Shown: piece after piece, positions 60,645 to 64,000 of the stretch
Numbering within the stretch: position 1 is the first letter of the stretch
Layout of the letters: each line of letters starts with the position of its first letter
NCBI GenBank assembly: GCA_965205015.1
Contig: OZ242029.1
Coordinates: 576,001-640,000 of the forward strand
Origin: Candidatus Poribacteria bacterium
GTDB lineage: Bacteria; Poribacteria; WGA-4E; WGA-3G
Length of the DNA: 64,000 bases
Direction: 5' to 3'
Notes under the pieces: model-generated
The model's input: only the letters and a program-made list of their open reading frames with translations
Told to the model about the DNA's origin: nothing
Databases searched by the model: none
Made by a program: the position numbers and the translations under genes

Positions 60645-60824
60645 AAGCGGTTTTTTTACCTTGTGTCATGAGGAATTTTCTTTAGTATATCACGTTTGGG
60701 AAAAGATAAGGTTGATTTTTCCGCTATTTCATTTAATGCTTCTTCATTCTCATTATCCCCATAAATCGGCAGATGAAAAATAAATTTTCATTTTTTTCAA
60801 ATGAGGAGAATTTACCGGAAACTC

Positions 60825-62163
60825 CAGGGTCATTCAATTTTAAGATTCCTCATTTTATGAGGTTAACTGCGAGTATAGGTTTTGCTGCGAGATATTGGAG
60901 AGCATCAGTGATTTTTGTATGTCCGGTGAATCGTAAAACAGAAAGTGCCGTGTTTCGCATGGCTGCCATGACTTGAGGGATCACGCCGGTTCGGACGCAG
61001 GAGGCATCCTCTCGAAAGACGGTATCTCGGACCCAATGAGGTTTATTCTCAATCGTCCAATGCTCACGTCGGAGTTTGAGCAAATCCGCTGCCGAGGCAC
61101 GTTGAGGTGTCAGACTCGTGATGCCATACTGCACGTGGCACTTGACCTTTTTGGTGTTTTTCTGTTCCTGGTGTGTGATGTATTGATAAACTTGCTGTAG
61201 CCCTGGCCAGTCGGAATCCTCTCTCAAGAGGGTGCTTGCGGTGAGGGTGCGAGTGGTAATCCTACCTTTTGCGTCTTCTATGTCTGTATACGTCTGAAGT
61301 GTTGCCTCGTTTTCTACGTGAAGGTTTTCAAACCGGCGATGCTCGACTTCAGGGGGGTCAGTTTCATCAAAGGGTTCAAAGAGGTCTCGAATATCTTCAT
61401 ATAACTGCTTCTGATTCGCTTTGACGGGGAGGCAATAATCTGCGTGATTTTCAAGAATCTGTTGACAGAACTTACGTTGGCTGAGAAGGGCATCGGTGGT
61501 AATAACCAGACCTGCGACATCAAAGGCTTTCAGGAGTTCGATGGAAAGTGGGATTTCATTGGTCTTTTCACCCACCGCAGTTTCTGCCACAGGGATGCCT
61601 ACCTCATGAAAGACGGCTGCGAGGAGATGTGTCCTGCGGGCATCTTCGCTATGACTGTTGCCTAAGGTTTTGCCATCTATGGCAAGTCCCTTCAAGCCAG
61701 ACGTGGAAATGGGCAAACTGGCTAAAGTCTGTGTTGTCCACTGCGTGAGCGTCTTTTCTACAGCCGTGATGTCCAGACGTTGATAAAGATAATGAAACGT
61801 CGATGCTGCCGGGGTTTGTTTGGCTCTGAACCCCAAGGCGTTTGGCAGGTCTGGGTGGAGGCGTGCCCATTTGGCAATCTGTGTATAGCTGCGTTGTCCA
61901 CACAAGAGTCCGACAACCGTGAGGGCGAGCATCGCGGCTAAGGGGTGGCGGCGTCCTTTTTTCTTGCGTGGATCTGGTACTTTTGCTAACATATCAAGTA
62001 AGTGGCAAGAGGAACGTCTTGTCATGATTCACCTCAAAAACGTGGTAATTTTTAGGGTGAAGTATAGCAGAAGTCGCGTGAAAAGTCACGCGACTTCTGC
62101 TTATCTGAAGTATTAACACCTGTAAAAAATACGACACAAAAAACCTACAATTGAATGACCCTG
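60825..62163 (-). mobile_element. ISAs1-family insertion sequence, 1339 bp
   Basis: 15-bp TIR CAGGGTCATTCAATT and 10-bp target duplication CCGGAAACTC (60815-60824, 62164-62173). Confidence 0.93.
60850..62025 (-). CDS. ISAs1 family transposase
   Basis: VPDPR..GRRHPL, AIDGKT, KTNEIP, TTDAL, VKANQ, HWTIEN..HWVRD..F.ED. Confidence 0.93.
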   Translation of the reverse strand: MTRRSSCHLLDMLAKVPDPRKKKGRRHPLAAMLALTVVGLLCGQRSYTQIAKWARLHPDLPNALGFRAKQTPAASTFHYLYQRLDITAVEKTLTQWTTQTLASLPISTSGLKGLAIDGKTLGNSHSEDARRTHLLAAVFHEVGIPVAETAVGEKTNEIPLSIELLKAFDVAGLVITTDALLSQRKFCQQILENHADYCLPVKANQKQLYEDIRDLFEPFDETDPPEVEHRRFENLHVENEATLQTYTDIEDAKGRITTRTLTASTLLREDSDWPGLQQVYQYITHQEQKNTKKVKCHVQYGITSLTPQRASAADLLKLRREHWTIENKPHWVRDTVFREDASCVRTGVIPQVMAAMRNTALSVLRFTGHTKITDALQYLAAKPILAVNLIK

Positions 62164-62250
62164 CCGGAAACTCAGAAAACGCTCGATATTTTTTTAGAGA
62201 GAAGAGCCACTCAGTATCCAAGAGGGACGAAACTCGTGAGGTAAAATTAG

Positions 62251-62859
62251 ATGAAAACATTACTTGGGATTTTTATGCTAACACTCTTGTTATCAGGTTG
62301 TGGTGCTAGTCAAAACACAACCTCGCTTGATACCCAGGATTCCAAAGAACCTTTTATCCTCGTCAATCCACTCAAGGATGATCCGGAAAATCCCAGCCCG
62401 CACAATCCTCTCATCAAGAAATTTGGGGATATTCCGCAAGTTCGTACGTATATGCGGTTACACCAAAAAATATTAAGCGGCACTCCACTTACGCGTGATG
62501 AGGCGATAGATTTCTTTACCGCAGAGTTCCACTTATATCAGTCTCCATCCACTGCGGAAGCACTCAAACGCCAAAAAGAAAGCAAAAAAAGAGACGAGAA
62601 GTTCGGATTCTCCTCTGATCTACCTGTATTCAGGTACACCGGAAAAAAAATAATAAGTTTTAGTCGTGTTGACGATGGCGGCAGTATTAGCGTAACGATA
62701 ATCGATCCAGATGGCACCAAGACGATAATAGATCCGAATCTGAATGACGGCGAACCTCTGCTAATTCCCCCCGCTGACGCAGACGCAAGTTATGATGATC
62801 GACCCAGATGGTACCAAAACGATTGGCATCAAGACGATAATAAATCCGAACCTGAATGA
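62251..62859 (+). CDS. Hypothetical lipoprotein
   Basis: LLLSGC lipobox, GAGG RBS, partly duplicated 3' region. Confidence 0.75.
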   Translation: MKTLLGIFMLTLLLSGCGASQNTTSLDTQDSKEPFILVNPLKDDPENPSPHNPLIKKFGDIPQVRTYMRLHQKILSGTPLTRDEAIDFFTAEFHLYQSPSTAEALKRQKESKKRDEKFGFSSDLPVFRYTGKKIISFSRVDDGGSISVTIIDPDGTKTIIDPNLNDGEPLLIPPADADASYDDRPRWYQNDWHQDDNKSEPE

Positions 62860-62913
62860 CGGCGAACCTCTGCTAATTTCCTCTATTAGGATACCTTTTG
62901 GAAAACTTGCTTT

Positions 62914-63734
62914 TTATTCATCTTCTTGGGGTAGAACTTCATCTATTCTGTCGGGAGGAAACCAGGTAGGTAGTGCTGCAAGATGTGATTTCTTAATAGC
63001 GGCTTGTAAATCGTAACGATCAGCCACCGAACTGACCAAATCTAGGAACCAATCAGGAGCGGAAGGATCGATAATGACTTCTTGGATTAGTAGGTTGAGG
63101 TCAACTTCATAATAAATGCCAACATCACAGATATTCGGCCACATAGGGATTTCACTGGTAAGAAAATTCGGAAAGTTCTCCGGACTGGCCTCGGGAGGTA
63201 TACGCTGAATCATGGCTCTTACTTCTCGCTCGTGCTCAAAACTTTTTCGCTTATGTAGATACGGAGATAGTAGATCATCCTCGGGGATCTTTTCACTATC
63301 GTAGTCAATATACTTAACTTTCCCCAAGTGCATCTGTTCGTCAGTTATGAAACTCGCTACAAAAGAATCAAAATTAGTTTTGATGGCAATACCGCTGTTT
63401 GCACTGGAATATACTTTCCACATCGCCTCTGATTCGTGACTACTTTCATGCCAACAACTAATCAGTGTAAAGCGACGCAATTCCACCCTCAGGTGCTCAT
63501 ACATCAATATTTCTTTCTCTGAGAGTTCAGATTTTAAACTGGCATAACGTGATTTTATGTTGTTATAGGGGTAGCCCCTTCAAAAGGGTCACCTAATTGG
63601 TCTGCTCTAGCGAAAAACAGCGCACGCTTCTCCAAAAGCGAGACGAATTTCGTGAAGTCCATATACCTCCACAAAATCGCGTTTGCGGGAGGTGGATTGT
63701 GAAATTTCCGAGTATCGGCATCTAAATCAGGCAT
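62914..63734 (-). pseudogene. DUF2971-like protein, frameshifted near 63570
   Basis: Upstream frame MPDLD..LWRYMDFTKFVSLLEKRALFFARADQLGDPFEG stops at about 63557. The downstream frame has ISCWH..ESEAMWKVY and KRKSFEHEREVR. Confidence 0.8.
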
Positions 63735-63787
63735 AAGCTCGCACTTGTCGCGTTTCTAAATCTTAAGTAGATAGGTAGGGAAAAATA

Positions 63788-64000
63788 TTAACGCGGAGGG
63801 TGTGTCCATTTGGCGTGTCCGCTATAGACCATGAGTGCATTTACAAACGCATGGTCTGGATATCGCCATACATCGGCGACTATGCGATCGTGGGAAATAC
63901 CCACCGGTTCGAATGTTACCCGCTTTCCCTCCAGAAATTGTTTCAGATAGCGAATAGCTTTTTCCCCTTGTGGAGTTCCACTTTCCGGGGCATCTATATT
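63788..64000 (-). CDS. Thermonuclease (SNase) family protein, 5' partial
   Basis: Reads NIDAPESGTPQGEKA..L..FLEGKRV...DRIVADVW...FVNALMVYSGHA. Confidence 0.75.
   Translation of the reverse strand, partial: NIDAPESGTPQGEKAIRYLKQFLEGKRVTFEPVGISHDRIVADVWRYPDHAFVNALMVYSGHAKWTHPPR

Overview
Chromosomal window from a bacterium with hallmarks of Candidatus Poribacteria (inferred from LamG/PD40 proteins ending in a KLxxxWxxIK tail, several PhyH dioxygenases, a WD40 protein and dispersed heptamer repeats). Housekeeping genes include thiE, prmC, prfA, rpmE, rho, an Sdh1-type succinate dehydrogenase operon, rhaI, comF, smc and recG. An accessory region at about 39.8-48.8 kb holds a tnpB-only IS200/IS605 element, an IS4-like element and IS3 remnants, and an ISAs1 element lies at 60.8-62.2 kb. 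The most striking signal is non-coding. A pseudoknotted RNA fold with different sequences but preserved pairing occurs four times, each starting 7-8 nt after a sigma70-like -10 box: in front of tnpB, inside a 445-bp protein-less IS605 element that also keeps an intact omega-RNA scaffold, and in front of two paralogous small membrane-protein genes. Other observations are a PIN toxin with an apparent nested internal-start antitoxin and an orphan copy of that module, an orphan Rpn-S-like gene split by the tnpB element, an ECF sigma/FHA/TPR-peptidase operon, and intergenic repeats inserted in frame into recG and smc. All calls were made by eye, with no database searches.
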